DNA of 61,447 nt, filler included, from Basidiobolus ranarum (GCA_040143965.1; 4 parts of 4 records of this genome joined end to end with filler, not necessarily neighbours in it); one strand, 5' to 3'; shown: positions 1-12,703, counted from the whole stretch's first letter. A program made the numbers and translations. Notes: generated by a model from the letters alone, not told the origin.

Positions 1-760
1 CTCATGAAGCCAAAGCACCAGCAAATAAAACTCGCAGCTCTCCAACCTTGACTGGTACTCTTCAAAGTTTTGAAATTAGCCCCAAAGGTAAAGACAAGCA
101 AAAAGCTACACAATCACTGCAAAGCAACCTCAGTAGTGTCACACTACAAGGATGTACAAAAATAGTCAAAGTGCTTGAGGAGTATTTTCAAAAGTACGAA
201 GGGAAAAATGCAGTGCAAGTATGCAGAAAGTGGCTTCAGAAGAAGAACATTTAACTTAACACTCAGTCTGGGGTTGACCCTGCTGATATCTGGGAAGAAC
301 TTAATACAGAGTGGCACAATATCACTGGGTATCTGCTAGATAGCTGGAAGAATGTTGATTCAGCAACATTAATACTATGGTGGGCTTTGATGGAGATATT
401 GATACAAACTTGTGTTGGGTATGAGCTAAACCTTGGGTATGAAGAACTCTATAAAAATATTCAGGAGAATGTATCAAAGAGACTAAGGATTTCAAAGTTT
501 ACAAATTATCATTGAAGTTGTAATTATGTAAAATTTGAGTTATGTTTTTTGCACATGTGTTGATCCATAGTTCTTTGAGATTGTAGCCAATCATGTGCAA
601 CAATTTTGCAAGATCTTGAAATTTCACTCCTGAAACTGAAAAAATTGATTAAAATCAAATCTAACTTGACAATTTTATGATGGTAAGTAAATGGTCAATC
701 CCAAATGGATTAAATTGTGATGGCTTTCCTATTATAACAATCCTCAAATTTCTGTTAGGG
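1..760 (+). mobile_element. Right end of a CMC/CACTA-type DNA transposon (copy A): 3' part of ORF2 plus putative terminus
   Basis: Diverged direct repeat of ~4225-4979 (shared peptide TKIVKVLEEYFQKYEGKNAVQVCRKWLQKKNI). Homology stops at exactly TCCTCAAATTTCTGTTAGGG in both copies; its reverse complement starts CCCTA, matching the CMC terminal consensus CMCWR. Confidence 0.7.
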
Positions 761-2322
761 ATTCATATTGAATTTTGGACTATGTAGCTGAGTAAGTAGT
801 ATTGGAATGTTGTAGAATAGTAAGTGCATTGTTCCTAATGGGGAGCTCTGGCTCCAGCTGATCTCCTTTAGCAATATAATATTAGGCTTATGGCTAATAC
901 CAAGTTTGATGTCAGACTGACTATCTGGTGAGTTGATAGCAGTGATCATATTGAAATCCAACTGAGCTCTTGATGGTAAAATCATGGAGTTTAATATTGT
1001 ATTTAGATAGTAGTAATGTGTATGCCTGATTGAGTAGACTCCATTGATTAGACAATATTACAGCAAGATAGTGCACGGTGCCTGCAAAAACCTCCAAGTT
1101 TACTGATGGCATGAGTGTCATCAATACATATAATTATATTAGCTTTAATAAAATATGCACCCATCTGAACCCCATTAGATAACCATTCCTATTTGACAAT
1201 CAAAGGCTACAAGAACCTATCTGTAAGCACTGGTGATTTAGGTCCAGATATGATGGATAGTATCAAAATATTATGACTCTGATACCACTCAGAAGGAGGG
1301 AGATTTAAGGTAATTAGAATTTTTGGCCAGCAAGCCATTCCAATGGTATATTTGTTTAGCAAGAAGCCATCCAGAGCCAATGCAAATGCATGATCATACA
1401 TGTTCTCAGAGAAACCTTGGCTTTTCAGATTTTGGTAGTGATATCCACAAAGTATTTTAGTAATACCATCAGCTATATGGTGAGTACTTTGGTATTGCAT
1501 CAATGATCTCTATTTGGGTGATTTCATCAAAACTTTAAGATGGGGAATTAATGGTGTGTAAGCCAAATGTGAACAATATTTACCTAATTCAGTGATTGCC
1601 AATTGTGTGCAAACAGTACATGACTTCAGGTTTTTCAGATAACCAGTGAAAGCCAAACAGTCAATTGGACATGAAGGTGGTTTAATTACTGAAGGATTAT
1701 CAGTTATATGATTGACAAGTGTTTTCCACTTGTACCAAGTCTGTGGCAAGCAGCAGTTGCCAATCAACTGTGCTAAAAGTGTAAGAAAACCCATTAACAC
1801 CTGGTTACTAAGATTAGATTGAACTCTCCACTCCTCAGTAATCAAGTCTGGTTCCTTTACAGTAAGTATTAGGCATGGACTAATGTTTGCTAGTAACAAA
1901 GGGTCTGTAAAAAAACCATTGTCTTCTTCTTGAACTTCTGATATACTACCATCAGTACTAGAATAAACAAGGTCAACAACTAGCAGTAAGTCCTCAAAGT
2001 TGGCTGGACTTACTGGTTTGACCAAAGTTGCATATGTATCTACATGATTCTGGTCATATAACTGTGGTAACTCCATGGTATCTTGACTTTTGGCAGTGTT
2101 ACCAAAACTTTGAGGCACCATACAGTCAGTGGACTCAATGGGCAAAACTAAAGTTGATTTAGTGCACTTACTACTGTTGTTGTACACCAGGCTTTGTGCA
2201 GCTGGTGGCTTTGTAAAGCAATCATGCTTGTGATTATTTTTTCTATGAAGCCTCTGGCTTTCACAGCACAAGAATTGGTGACAATAACAGCAGGGCTTCT
2301 CTAACCATTTGTGTTGCGGCAT
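761..2322 (-). pseudogene. CACTA/En-Spm (Tnp2-family) transposase, frameshifted and 3'-interrupted
   Basis: Fragments CPIDCLAF..LKSCTVC..YTPLIPHLK, AFALALDGF..CWPKILITLNLPP..NILILSIISGPKSP and PLGTMHLLFYNI match the Tnp2 motif order (CxxDCxxF, LxxDGF, WPxxxxxxNLPP, IxGPKxP, DxMH). Confidence 0.85.
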
Positions 2323-2458
2323 GAGAAGGATATTGTGGAAAAAAGAACATCTCCTACATAAGGGTGGTATTTTAGGTATAGCCCAACAATATCAGCAGCT
2401 GATTCTGAGATGGTGTCACAGATGAGTCATCAGGGGACTTACCAGATATTTCTGGTAA

Positions 2459-3328
2459 TGGATGGCAAGTTTCATTTAGTATCAGCTATTCCTAAGCAAT
2501 TTCATTAAACTAAGTTCACCAACTGAAAATTTCATTGCTATTCAAAAAGCATTCAAAATCTAAATCAAAATTGGCTTCCAATCCAAAGCCTGCTGGCACA
2601 AAAGGAAAAGAACCAGCAAGAACAGAGGACTTATTTGATGAGCAGTCTAGCAATCCACTATCCACTTTGGAAGGTATTAACATGCTGGAAACTAACTCAA
2701 GTAAAGATAAAGCATTAATCAATTTTCCAGATGTGTTCCTTTCCATCAATAGTGCAAGTGAAGAGATTGTAATCCCCCAATTACATAGTAAATCAATAGT
2801 TGAGCAAAGTTCAACCAACACACCATCAAGACCATCAGCTTCCAAAATGGCTACCTTGCCCACTATTGAACCACTCTCCAAAGAAAATTTTATTGGATGG
2901 CAATTTTGGTTTATTAGCAGCTATTTCTAAGCAATTTTATTACCCTGAGTTTACTCTCTGAAAATTTCAATGCCATTCAAAAAGTATTCAAAATCTAAGT
3001 CAAGATTGGCTTCCAAGCCAAAGCCTGCTGGCACAAAAGGAAAAGAACCAGTAAGAACAGAGGACTTAATTGATGAGCAGTCTAGCAATCCACTATCCAC
3101 TTTGGAATGTATCAACATGCTGGTAGCTAACTCAAGTAATGATGAAGCATTTTTCAATTTACCAGATGTGTTCCTTTCCAGCAATATTGCAAGTAAAGAG
3201 ATTGTAATCCCCCAATTACATAGTAAATCAATAGTTGAGCCAAGTTCAACCAAAGCACCATCAAGACCATGAACTTCCAAAATGCCTACTTTGCCCACTA
3301 TTGAATAACCCTCTGTAGAAAATTGGGA
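2459..3328 (+). repeat. Tandem duplication, ~435-bp unit, covering the 5' end of the transposon ORF2
   Basis: ORFs at 2535 and 2970 (offset 435) encode near-identical peptides (FKKxSKSKSxLASxPKPAGTKGKEP...). Confidence 0.9.
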
Positions 3329-4715
3329 TAAAATTATTATAACAAGGCAATTGCAGGCAGAACACTGTAATGATTTATATGCAATCATAAGTAAAAACTA
3401 TGAAGTTGTTAATCGGGCCATGACAAGCAAGAATGCCATAATATTGCAATTAATTCAGCATTTGGAAGAAACTAGTTGACAGTTAGAGAGTCACTCAACA
3501 ATGATACAAGACCTTCAGAATGCTGTACTTGAGCTACTGCAACATGATGCTCCCTCCTTTGATTCTCAGATAGGATTTCAATCAATCCCACACCATACAT
3601 ATGAACATTACCATGACAATCTAGCAGAGCAGAATATGTGTTGGACCATTGAGCTGACACAACAACCCAAAATTGCTTGGGCACATGAAAAAAGAAATCT
3701 AATAGGAGAACTGGCAAACCAAAAGACTCTGAATGTCATTGCTGGTGTCACTTGCTCTGATGATGAATGGTTTAACATTTTGGAAACTGTGTGGAATCTT
3801 GCCCAAAATCACAAGCATTTGAGCCAATTGTGGAAAAACCAAAAACCAGGTGCTATTCTGAAGGTTCTTGACTTATTTCATGGGGCTTATCCTGGGTTTT
3901 TGAAAGCAAATGGCAGTTGGGCTAGTATATGCCTATTCACAAAACATCTCAAAAATGTACACAATTATCAACTTGGAAAAGGAAGAACAGTAGCTAAAGA
4001 AGTACTCAAGGAGCTGGAAGTTGGTAAACCCAACAGAAATGCAAAGGAGCCAGTGAGTTTAGGCTCTACTGTCCCACTTATCAAATTCTTCACACCATTA
4101 CAAAGATCTGTATTTCCATAGTCAGATATACTGGCAAAAAAGCTTAATTTCACCATGACACCAGGTACACCTGTTGGAAGAGTGCTAAATTTGGAAGTTT
4201 ATCCTATACCTGGAACCTCTCAAAAAGCAAAAACACCAGCAAATAAAGATCACAGCTCTCCAACCTCAACTGATACTTTGCAAAGTGTTGAAATAAGCCC
4301 CAAAGTTAAAGGGAAGCAAAAAGCTGCACAAACACCACATAGCACCCTCAGTAGTGTCACACTACAAGGACATACAAAAATAGTCAAAGTGCTTGAGGAG
4401 TATTTTCAAAAGTATGAAGGGAAAAATGCAGTGCAAGTATGCAGAAAGTGGCTTCAAAAGAAGAACATTCAACTTGATATTCAGTCTGGTGTTGACCATG
4501 GAGATATCTGCAAAGTTCTTAGTAGAGAGTGGCACAATATTGCAGGGTATCTGCTAGATAGCTGGAAGAATGTTAGTTCAGCAATGTTAAAACAAAGGTT
4601 GGCTTTGATGGAGATATTGATACAAACTCATGTTGGGGATGAGCTAAACCTTGGGTATGAAGAACTCTATAAAAATATTCAGGAGAATATATCAAAGAGT
4701 CTAGGGATTTCATAG
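2970..4715 (+). pseudogene. Degenerate ~580-codon accessory ORF (ORF2) of the CMC element, divergent from the transposase
   Basis: ORFs 2970, 3501 and 4155 share one reading frame, broken only by isolated stop codons. It lies between the Tnp2 start and the putative terminus at 4979. No recognisable domain. Confidence 0.65.
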
Positions 4716-4979
4716 GTGACAAATCAGCATTCAAGTGGTAATTGTGTAAATTTTGAGTTACATTTTTTGCACATGTGTTGATCCATAGTTCTCTGAGATT
4801 GTAGCCAGTCATGTGCAACTATTTTGCAAGATCTTGAAATTTCACTCCTGAAAATGAAAAAATTGATTAACATCAAATCTAACTTGCCAATTTTATAATG
4901 GTAAGTAAGCAGTCAGTCCCAAATGGATTAAAACTGTGATGGTTTTCCTACAATAACAATCCTCAAATTTCTGTTAGGG

Positions 4980-7900
4980 TATAGCCAAGAGTGCATCGCA
5001 AATTTTGCTTCCAAACTTGGTTGACTCTGTCTGTTTGGCTATGAGATTGATGATAGAAGGTTGTGGAGAGATTGGGAGTGATACCCAAGGTTTGGAGAAA
5101 ACTTTTCAAGAATTTGGAAGCAAACTGAGGTCCTTGGTCTGAGAAGATAGCTTTGGGGAGTTCATGTAGGAAGAAGATATTTTGAGATATCAATTCTGCT
5201 GCTTGTTTGCATCAATTGACTTGTTGGAGGGCACAAGGGGGGCCATCTTTTATAGACAGTCAACATTTACCAGAATTGAGTCATATTTGGCAGACAAGCA
5301 TAGATCAGTGATGAAACATAGGGATATGGATTTCCACTGCTGATAATGGATTGGAAGTGGCTGTAGGAGGCCGTAGGTCTGATATCTGGAGTTTTTGCTC
5401 AAGCACAAGTATCACAGATGGAAACATACGCCTTAACAAATGCAAGCATTCTGGGCCACCAATAATACCCAGATGCCAACATATGTGATTTGGCAATACC
5501 AAATTGTCCTGCAATTGGTGAGTCATGTTGTTCCTGCAAGTATGTGAATCTGGAAGGGTGGTATGGGATGTAAAGCCTCTTCTGATAAAACAAGAGATTG
5601 TTGATGATGGAGAAATGGGGGTACATGTTCAAGCTTGCAAGGCCTTTGGGTGTATCCTGGGCTTTCCTGATTGATCTAATCAATGGGTCTTTAGATTGAA
5701 GTGTACAGAGGTCTTCCTGTAATGTGCTTAAACTTGGCAGAGAAAGAGCAGTTGCATTGATTTGAAGTTGGTAGGGCTTCAGTAGGGAAGTGTTTTTGGT
5801 GGCCACAGGCCTCATCCCCTTCTTTAGGCTCATATTCTGCTCTACATGATAAGTCATTGGGTTTTCCTTGTTGGCTACCTGGTCAATGTGTAATCACAAA
5901 ATCAAAACTGACAAGAATGATGACTATCTAGCTTGATGGTTGTTGAGAACTTTGGTTATACTAAAACACTCAAGATTCTAGTGAACTCAATAGACCACAA
6001 TTATGTGACATGCTCCATTCAAGTATTGTCACCATTGTTCAAATGCAGCAATAATTGCCAACAGTTTGTTGCCATAGATGTCATAGTAGATTTCTGTGGC
6101 ATAGTACTTTCTTGAGCAAAAGGCAACAGGGTGCAGTAAGCTGACATTACTGTATCATGATAGTATTGCTCCTAAAGTAAAGTCAGATGCATCAGTCTCA
6201 ACAATGAGTGGCTTGTCTAGCTAGGGGTGTGCCAGGATTGATGCTGAGGTAAAAGCATTCTATAAGGTTACAAATGCTTCTTGGTAAGATATGGTCCAGT
6301 TAAATGGGAGCACTTTCTTGGTAAGGTTTGTTAATAGGGCTGATATATAGCAGTAGTTCCTGACAAACCATTGATAAAAATTTGCAAATCCAAAAAGATA
6401 TTGGACATCTTCATATTCTTGGGAGTAGCCCAAGACAGAACAAATTCAATCTTCTTGGGGTACACAGAGATGCCCAATGCGCTGATGCTATATCCAAGGA
6501 ATTTAGCTTGAGCTTGGTCAAATTCACATTTCTCAAGCTTAGCATAGAGACAGGAGGTTTCCCACTTTTCCAGGACTTGGGAAGCATGAACATTATGTTC
6601 TTATTGAGAGTTTGAGAAGACCAAGATAATATCAAGGCAGATTACCACAAACTGGTCAAGATACTCTCTGAAGATATCATTCATTGTGTGTTGGAAGACT
6701 GCAGGGGCATTGGTAAGTCCAAATGGTGAGACATTATATTCAAAGTGTTCATAGCAAGTTCAAAAGGCAGTTTTCCATTGGTGTTCTGGTTTGATTCCAA
6801 CAAGATTGTAAGCATCTCTTAAGTCAATCTTTGTAAATATCTTTGCAGCAGCAAGTGAATCCTATAGCAAGTTAATTAATGGAAAGCGGTACTGATTTTT
6901 TACTGTAATGCTATTTGGGCCTGGATAAACAACACAGAGATGGAGGGATCCACCCTTTTTCTTAAAAAATGAGATTAGAGAGCCTGCTGGAGACTTTGAA
7001 TGTTAGATAATCCTTTCTCCAGCTTCTCTGCAATATACACTTTTGGAATGTTATGTTTAGGCTGGGTCAGTCCCAAGATTGGTCCAAATGGAAGTTGTCT
7101 TTCTTCTTGTAGATCTCTATGGCCATCATATGGGTGGTGAGTTGGGAGAATATTGAATTTCTTTTTTTCAAAGACATTGGCAGAGGCTAAGAGTTTGGTG
7201 CATGTTTAGGAATTATAGGTTTTGTTGGTTTTGGCTCTTCAGCAACACTGTCAATGGATATTGGCTTCATAGATATTTTGAGGATTTGAGCTGATGATGA
7301 GTCAGATACTTTGCAGATTGACAAATATATGCTAAATGGTGGAGCTTGCTTGAACATGATGATCTTCTTCTTCCAGTTGATTACTGGATTTTGCTGCATG
7401 AGCAATGAGATACCATGGATGACAAGATGGTGAAGTGAAGAAATGATGTTAAAGGCTTTTTCTTCTTGATGAGTAGTGGATAAGAGTGTCATAAAGGTTG
7501 TCTCATGTGTTACAGCACCTGATGATAGCAGCCACCCATCAATTACTTCAACAAAGACTGGCCGAGATTTCTTGATTATTGGGATTGAGTGGGAGTTGAC
7601 AAAGGCAGAGTCACAAAGACAGGAGGAAGCACCTGAATCAAAAAGTGCAGTTGTTTTTATTGACTTGGAACTAGGTAGCAGGAGTGTAATGGGCAGCTTT
7701 AATGATTGGTAAGACTGCAGAGATTGCAATATATGATGAAGAAACATTTTTGAAGATGGTTGGCCCAACTGCATGCCCATTATTGCAGCTAGGCATTGAA
7801 GTTTTCTGATGGTTGAGGACAGTTCTCTTCTACTTGCACTTTGTTGATCTTAAATCCAGGATTTTTTTTTGGACAGTGTCTGGCTACATGTCAAGAAGCT

Positions 7901-9245
7901 CCACAATAGGGCCATAGATTCTGTTGTTGGCATGAATATATCTCCTCAGGGCTAAGCCTTGTGAATCAAGTTCCATCAGTTTGCATTGAGTCATCTACTT
8001 GAGCTATATTTTGCATTTGATGGGAGGGATACCTGAAAGTAGTTGAGAAAGGAGAGTAGAAAGGAGCCATATTTCTTTGTTGTTGTCCTTCAAACAACTG
8101 GTTGTCACATTTAACTGCCTGATGGATAGCATCAGTTGAGTTCACTGGGTCAGCTATAGTGAAGAAAGGATCGTTAATATTTTCTCAAAGTTCATATTGG
8201 AACTGGTTGATTAGGGCAGATTCTCACCATTTGGGTTCACAGGCAAGAAGACAAAATTCTGCAGCATAAGTTGATGCAGGCTTTGACCCTTGTTTAAGTA
8301 CACAGAGCTTGGAAGCTGAAGTTCTTTTCTTGTCTTTTTTTCCAAATGTAGCTTCCAGTTCAGCAAGGAAGGCAACAAAGTTTTACAAAGGTAGAGATTG
8401 ACTATCCATCAAAGGAGCAAACCAAGATAGAGCTGTTCCTGATAATAATGTTCCCACTAAACACTTTTGTTTGGTCCAAGGGGTAGAAAGGGGGATGCAG
8501 CTGAATGATGAGTTTCAGTTGGTTGATAAAGCCAAAACAGTTTTGGTGAGTGGCATGAAACCTGTTTGGTAAGGAGATCCTAAATTTGGGCATTGAAGTT
8601 GCAGGATAGTTGGGTGGAGCTGGATTCTGTACTTGAGCAAGAGAAACACAAAGTTCTTGATTTTCTTGCTGAGTCTGAGCAAGGGCTTGCATGGTATTTC
8701 CCATTATGAAGGATGGTGTAAATATAATTCTTAATACATTGGGAGGGGGAAGTTCTAAAACCACAAGTTTCTCTAGGAATGATAATTACAATGCAATATC
8801 CTACTTTCTGTTAAAGAAATGATTGGCACCTTGCCAAAACAATACGCTAGTATCAATGTCCTTTGATCTTGATCAAGTATTAAAGCTTCTTTGATCAAAA
8901 ACAATTTGAAACCCAACCAGTAGCATCTTGAAAAGGATGCACATAGAACAATTATCCAAAGGTGGAAGGTACCTTTGCCATAGCAGGAAAGCTTGAAAAG
9001 ATGGGTAATAAGAGGGAAGCCAACCTGGGGGGTTTCAAGGTTGAAGAATAAGGATGGAGAGAGGCCTATTGGCAAGTGTAAGCAGTCCAATCAAAATGTC
9101 ACAAGAAGGAACTGGCCATGGACTGGATACAGCAACAAGAGGCTAGAAAGCAGGAGGGTACCTGGGTGTAGACCACAAGGCAAGACAAGACAAGACTAGA
9201 CAGGGAAGATACTTTGGCAAGAATCTTTATTGGTAACTATTGTCA
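4980..9245 (-). mobile_element. Degenerate Ty3/gypsy (Tf1/sushi-like) LTR retrotransposon: LTR remnant, gag, PR, RT, RNase H, IN
   Basis: gag PKFRISLPNRF..FGFINQ; decayed zinc knuckle near 7880-7920; protease [35 protein letters not shown]; RNase H VETDASDF; IN zinc region HDSPIAG..YWWPRM..CDTC; IN core SDQGPQFASKF..QTDRVNQ. Order PR-RT-RH-IN is gypsy. Putative 5' LTR end (..GTGACA) at 9097 with upstream AATAAA. Confidence 0.93.
7757..7807 (-). promoter_or_regulatory. Putative gag-pol -1 ribosomal frameshift signal of the gypsy element
   Basis: Minus strand reads TCAGAAAAC, an 8-nt spacer, then the hairpin CTAGCTGCA/TGCAGTTGG containing the gag TAG, located between the gag knuckle and the protease. 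Confidence 0.5.
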
Positions 9246-9349
9246 CTCAGACTGCCCTTACAAAATTAAAAATCAATTTGATCTGGATTGGATCCACCCT
9301 TCTGGATTGCAAAACAATCAGATAACAATCGAAATATTGGTGGCTTGCA

Positions 9350-10360
9350 TTCTGCCAGGTATTTTGGAGGTGTAATGTTAGCTTCTTGACAGTGTTTTGA
9401 CAGTATTCATGCATGTTAAAATTTTTACCCTCATATTTGGCATCCATTTTTTAGTTTCTGGCAATTTTTGCAAAAATATAATTTTCAAATGGCAAATTAC
9501 TGGGTTTACTGCTGCTGAAATTTGAATCAATATGCATGCCTTTATGGAGATATTTTTGGCTTTGCATTCCAGCCATAATGAGAATCAAAAAATACAATAA
9601 TCTTGTTACATTTATTCTCTACATATGCACATACTTGACTGATCAGACATAACTCAACAACATCAATATGCTTTACTAGCAAACTAATGGTGGAAAATTG
9701 CTAAACATCTGAAATTTTGAATAGTACTGATACTTGGCAAATAGCTGACTCTTATTACCATTGTAGTTGTTTTAGAGTGTAAGCAGCAACTATAGCTTCA
9801 ATATCCTAAAGGTTTTTTGAGATGTTCAAAGGATGCAATAACCAAAGTTCAATAACTGTTTACTGGATGCTTTACCTGCAAACTAATGGTGGAAAAATTG
9901 CTAAACATCTGAAATTTGGAATAGTACTAACACTTGGCAAATAGCTGACTCTTGTTACCATTTGCAATGAGTATAAGCTCTTGGATTTTAGCAAGTTTCA
10001 ATAAAGAATTGAAACAATGTATCCCCAACTTGCAGTCAACAAATGTCCTGCCACAAGTAGATGTGTCATTGCTTGAATATTTTACCCCATGACTAAAACA
10101 ATAATACTATGTATCTCAATCTATCTCACCAAGAAGTCTGTCTTACAGCTTTCCTAAAAAAGCCATCAGAGTATTACACAAACAAATTAGTTCAAATTAT
10201 AGAGGTACTTACTCTGTGTCCATGGATTAGGCTTTGTTGCTGTTATTATGCTCAAACAATGCAAAAACCTGTGAACACATTGGAAAGAGCCCTTTGTTGG
10301 AAGGTTAATGTACTCTGGAGTCTCCTGAACCAATTACATTACATCCATAACTGATTTTGC
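9350..10360 (-). repeat. Repeat family copy 1, inverted relative to 11890-12700, with internal short duplications
   Basis: For example TTTTCAAATGGCAAATTACTGGGTTTACTG (~9482) and CCATGGATTAGGCTTTGTTGCTG (~10220) are reverse complements of sequence near 12540-12570 and 12008-12030. Confidence 0.85.
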
Positions 10361-10982
10361 TGATACATTATTAATCAGATTAGCATACAGTAATACTGAC
10401 ATTTGCACATGATGTAGTTGTTTTAGGATGTAAGCAGCAACTATAACTGCAATATCCTAAAGGTTTTTTGAGGTGTTCAAAGGGTGCAATAACCACAGTT
10501 GAATTACTCTGGGATGTACTGTAATATGGGTCTGTGTCTTGCCTCTTGGGTCTTTGTGAAAGGGAATTAAGCTTCAAGAAATGTCCAAGGACTGTTAAAC
10601 CACAATGCAATGTCCAGCTCTCTGTTGAATAATATCTTGGCACCTGACAAAAGAATATACTGGCTTCAATGTCCTTTGGGAATGATCAAATAAAAAGGGT
10701 ATATCCAATCAAAACCAACTGTAAACTCAGTCAGCAGGGTCTTGAACAAGGATGCACTGGTAGTGATTTATCCAAGCATATGAAAAGTTCCTTGCCTATG
10801 CAGATAAAGCTAGGGAAAAAAATACAAAGTATCAGAAATATCATACCTACCTGTCAGTACTTCCCTTGAGCCAGTCAAGTCCTTTCTAGTCACACAGTAG
10901 CCTGTAATTGCTCCTAGTAGTCTCTCTTGAACTTCCTTTTCAAAGGTCTTGCAAGTGGTGATGAAAATAAGGGGTGATCACA

Positions 10983-11503
10983 AGTAGTAATTGTTAGTTA
11001 AAAACCGGGATGATTTTTATTTGAAAAGATATGGCTCCTATTTATACTTTTCTGATGGCAGACATGAATACTAAGGGGCATTTTTGGGAAGTTCCAGAGA
11101 ATTCTATTGGTGGGGATCCGGGGTGATGATTTCACCATAAATCTTAAAATTAATAATTCATGGAATGTTCTGGAAGGTTGTGGAATAATCCAGAGAGTCA
11201 TGGAATGTTCTGGCAAAACAAGTTTTGATTGGTCAAAACTCAATCAATTTTCAAATATTCCAAGAATTTTGTGGAATGTTCTGGAAGGTTATAGAATTTT
11301 CCAGAAAATAATACGGCTAATGTGGGTTAATACTGATAAATCTGAATTAATAGGGGATAATACTAATGGTGTGATATGATTGGCTAGAAAATGTGAGTAA
11401 GTCAAATATGGATAATAAAATAGAAATTGTGCAATGGTAATGATATGAGTTTGGAGTAGAAATAAGTCAACCTGCCAGTGTGTAGCAAGGCTATCCCACT
11501 ACA
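10983..11503 (-). mobile_element. 3' LTR of a second gypsy lineage
   Basis: Minus strand: purine-rich tract AGAGAGAGATGTGGA, then TGTAGT start, internal TGGAATGTTCTGG repeats (plus strand), TATAAATAGG, AATAAA, and an ACTACT end (one change from ACTACA). Confidence 0.6.
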
Positions 11504-11569
11504 TCCACATCTCTCTGAATTTTGAACTCAGGTGAAAAACCAAACTCAGCAGGTTGAGTTGTTTCCTCT

Positions 11570-11890
11570 AGTCTTTAATAACTTTAGTTGGTTCCCTGCA
11601 ACTGGTAGTCTGAGTTCTGTTCCATCTATTTCTGCAGTGTAATAGCTTCCATTACCTACAACTTTAACAACTTTGTATGAGCCTCTCCGTTGGTTGTCAA
11701 ACTTCCTGCTCCATTGTTTTTCAAGAGTGGAATCATATCCCAGGACAAGGTGATCAACTTTTAGTGGCTTAGGCCAGAGGGGATGGGTTTTGTCAAAGTA
11801 GTCCTTGTTAGCATTTGTGGCTTTCTTCAGTTCTTCAGCAGCTTTCTCTACATCAATATGGTGTCTGTCAATTTGGGCTATCCTATTGAT
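11570..11890 (-). pseudogene. C-terminal fragment of a fungal Ty3/gypsy integrase
   Basis: Translation PLKVDHLVLGYDSTLEKQWSRKFDNQRRGSYKVVKVVGNGSYYTAEIDGTELRLPVAGNQLK resembles the GPY..NGSY..ELDGT..GNRLK integrase tail. Confidence 0.75.
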
Positions 11891-12700
11891 GAGAAGTCAG
11901 TGATGGATGTAATGCAATTGGTTAAGGAGACTCCAGAGTATATCAACCTTCCAAAAAAGGGCTCTTTTCAATGTGCTCTAGGGTTTTTGCATTGTTTGAG
12001 CACAATAGCAGCAACAAAGCCTAATCCATGGACACAGAGTAATTACCTCTATAATTTAGACTCATTTGTTTGTGTAATAATCTGATGGTATTTTTAGGAA
12101 AGCTGCAAGATGTACTTCTTGGTGAGATAGATTAAGATATTCAGTATTATTGTTTGAGCCATGAGGTAATATATACAAGCAATGACACATCTATTTGCAG
12201 CAGTACATTTGTTGACTGCAAGTCAGGGATATATTGGCTGAAATATTTATGGAAATATGCCAAAATCCAAGAGCTTATGCTCATTGTGAACAGTAACAAG
12301 AGTCAGCTTAATGCCAAGTGTCAGTGCTATTCAAAATTTCATATGTTTAGCAATTTTTCCACCATTAGTTTGCTGGTAAAGCATATTGATGTTGTTGAGC
12401 TATGTCTGATCAGTCAAGTATGTGCACATGTAGAGACTAAACACAACAAGATTGTTGTATTTTTTGTTTCTCATTATGGCAGGAATACAAAGCCTCAAGT
12501 AACTAAATAAAGGCATGAATATTAATATGAATCCTACCACAGTAAACCCAGTAATTTGCCATTTGAAAATTAGATTTTTGCAAAAATTGGCAGATATTGA
12601 ATAATGCATGCCAAATTTGAGGATCAATATTTTAACATGTATGAATACCATTAAGATACCATCAAGACACTGCCGCCACACCATCAAAATCCCTGGCAGA
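11890..12700 (+). repeat. Repeat family copy 2 (inverted partner of 9350-10360), cut by the copia LTR at 12704
   Basis: Reverse-complement similarity to copy 1 over ~800 bp, ending at CCCTGGCAGA immediately before the LTR. Confidence 0.85.
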
Positions 12701-12703
12701 GTG

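Larger units (their letters stand above)
761..4979. mobile_element. CMC/CACTA element copy B (transposase + ORF2 + right terminus), inserted into a gypsy integrase
   Basis: The terminus at 4979 abuts the gypsy integrase core directly. Copy A's terminus interrupts copy B's transposase at 760/761. Confidence 0.65.

Noticed and set aside
2516-3388. Minus-strand ORFs of 121 and 145 aa
   Set aside because: Antisense shadows of the duplicated ORF2 region.
4720-4860. Minus-strand Cys/His mini-exon (SCKIVAHDW..MCKKC) near the CMC terminus
   Set aside because: No room for upstream exons inside the element, and the frame is broken in the other copy.
11155-11290. Repeated TGGAATGTTCTGG units as a CRISPR-like array
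   Set aside because: Irregular spacing, degenerate units, located inside a eukaryotic LTR.
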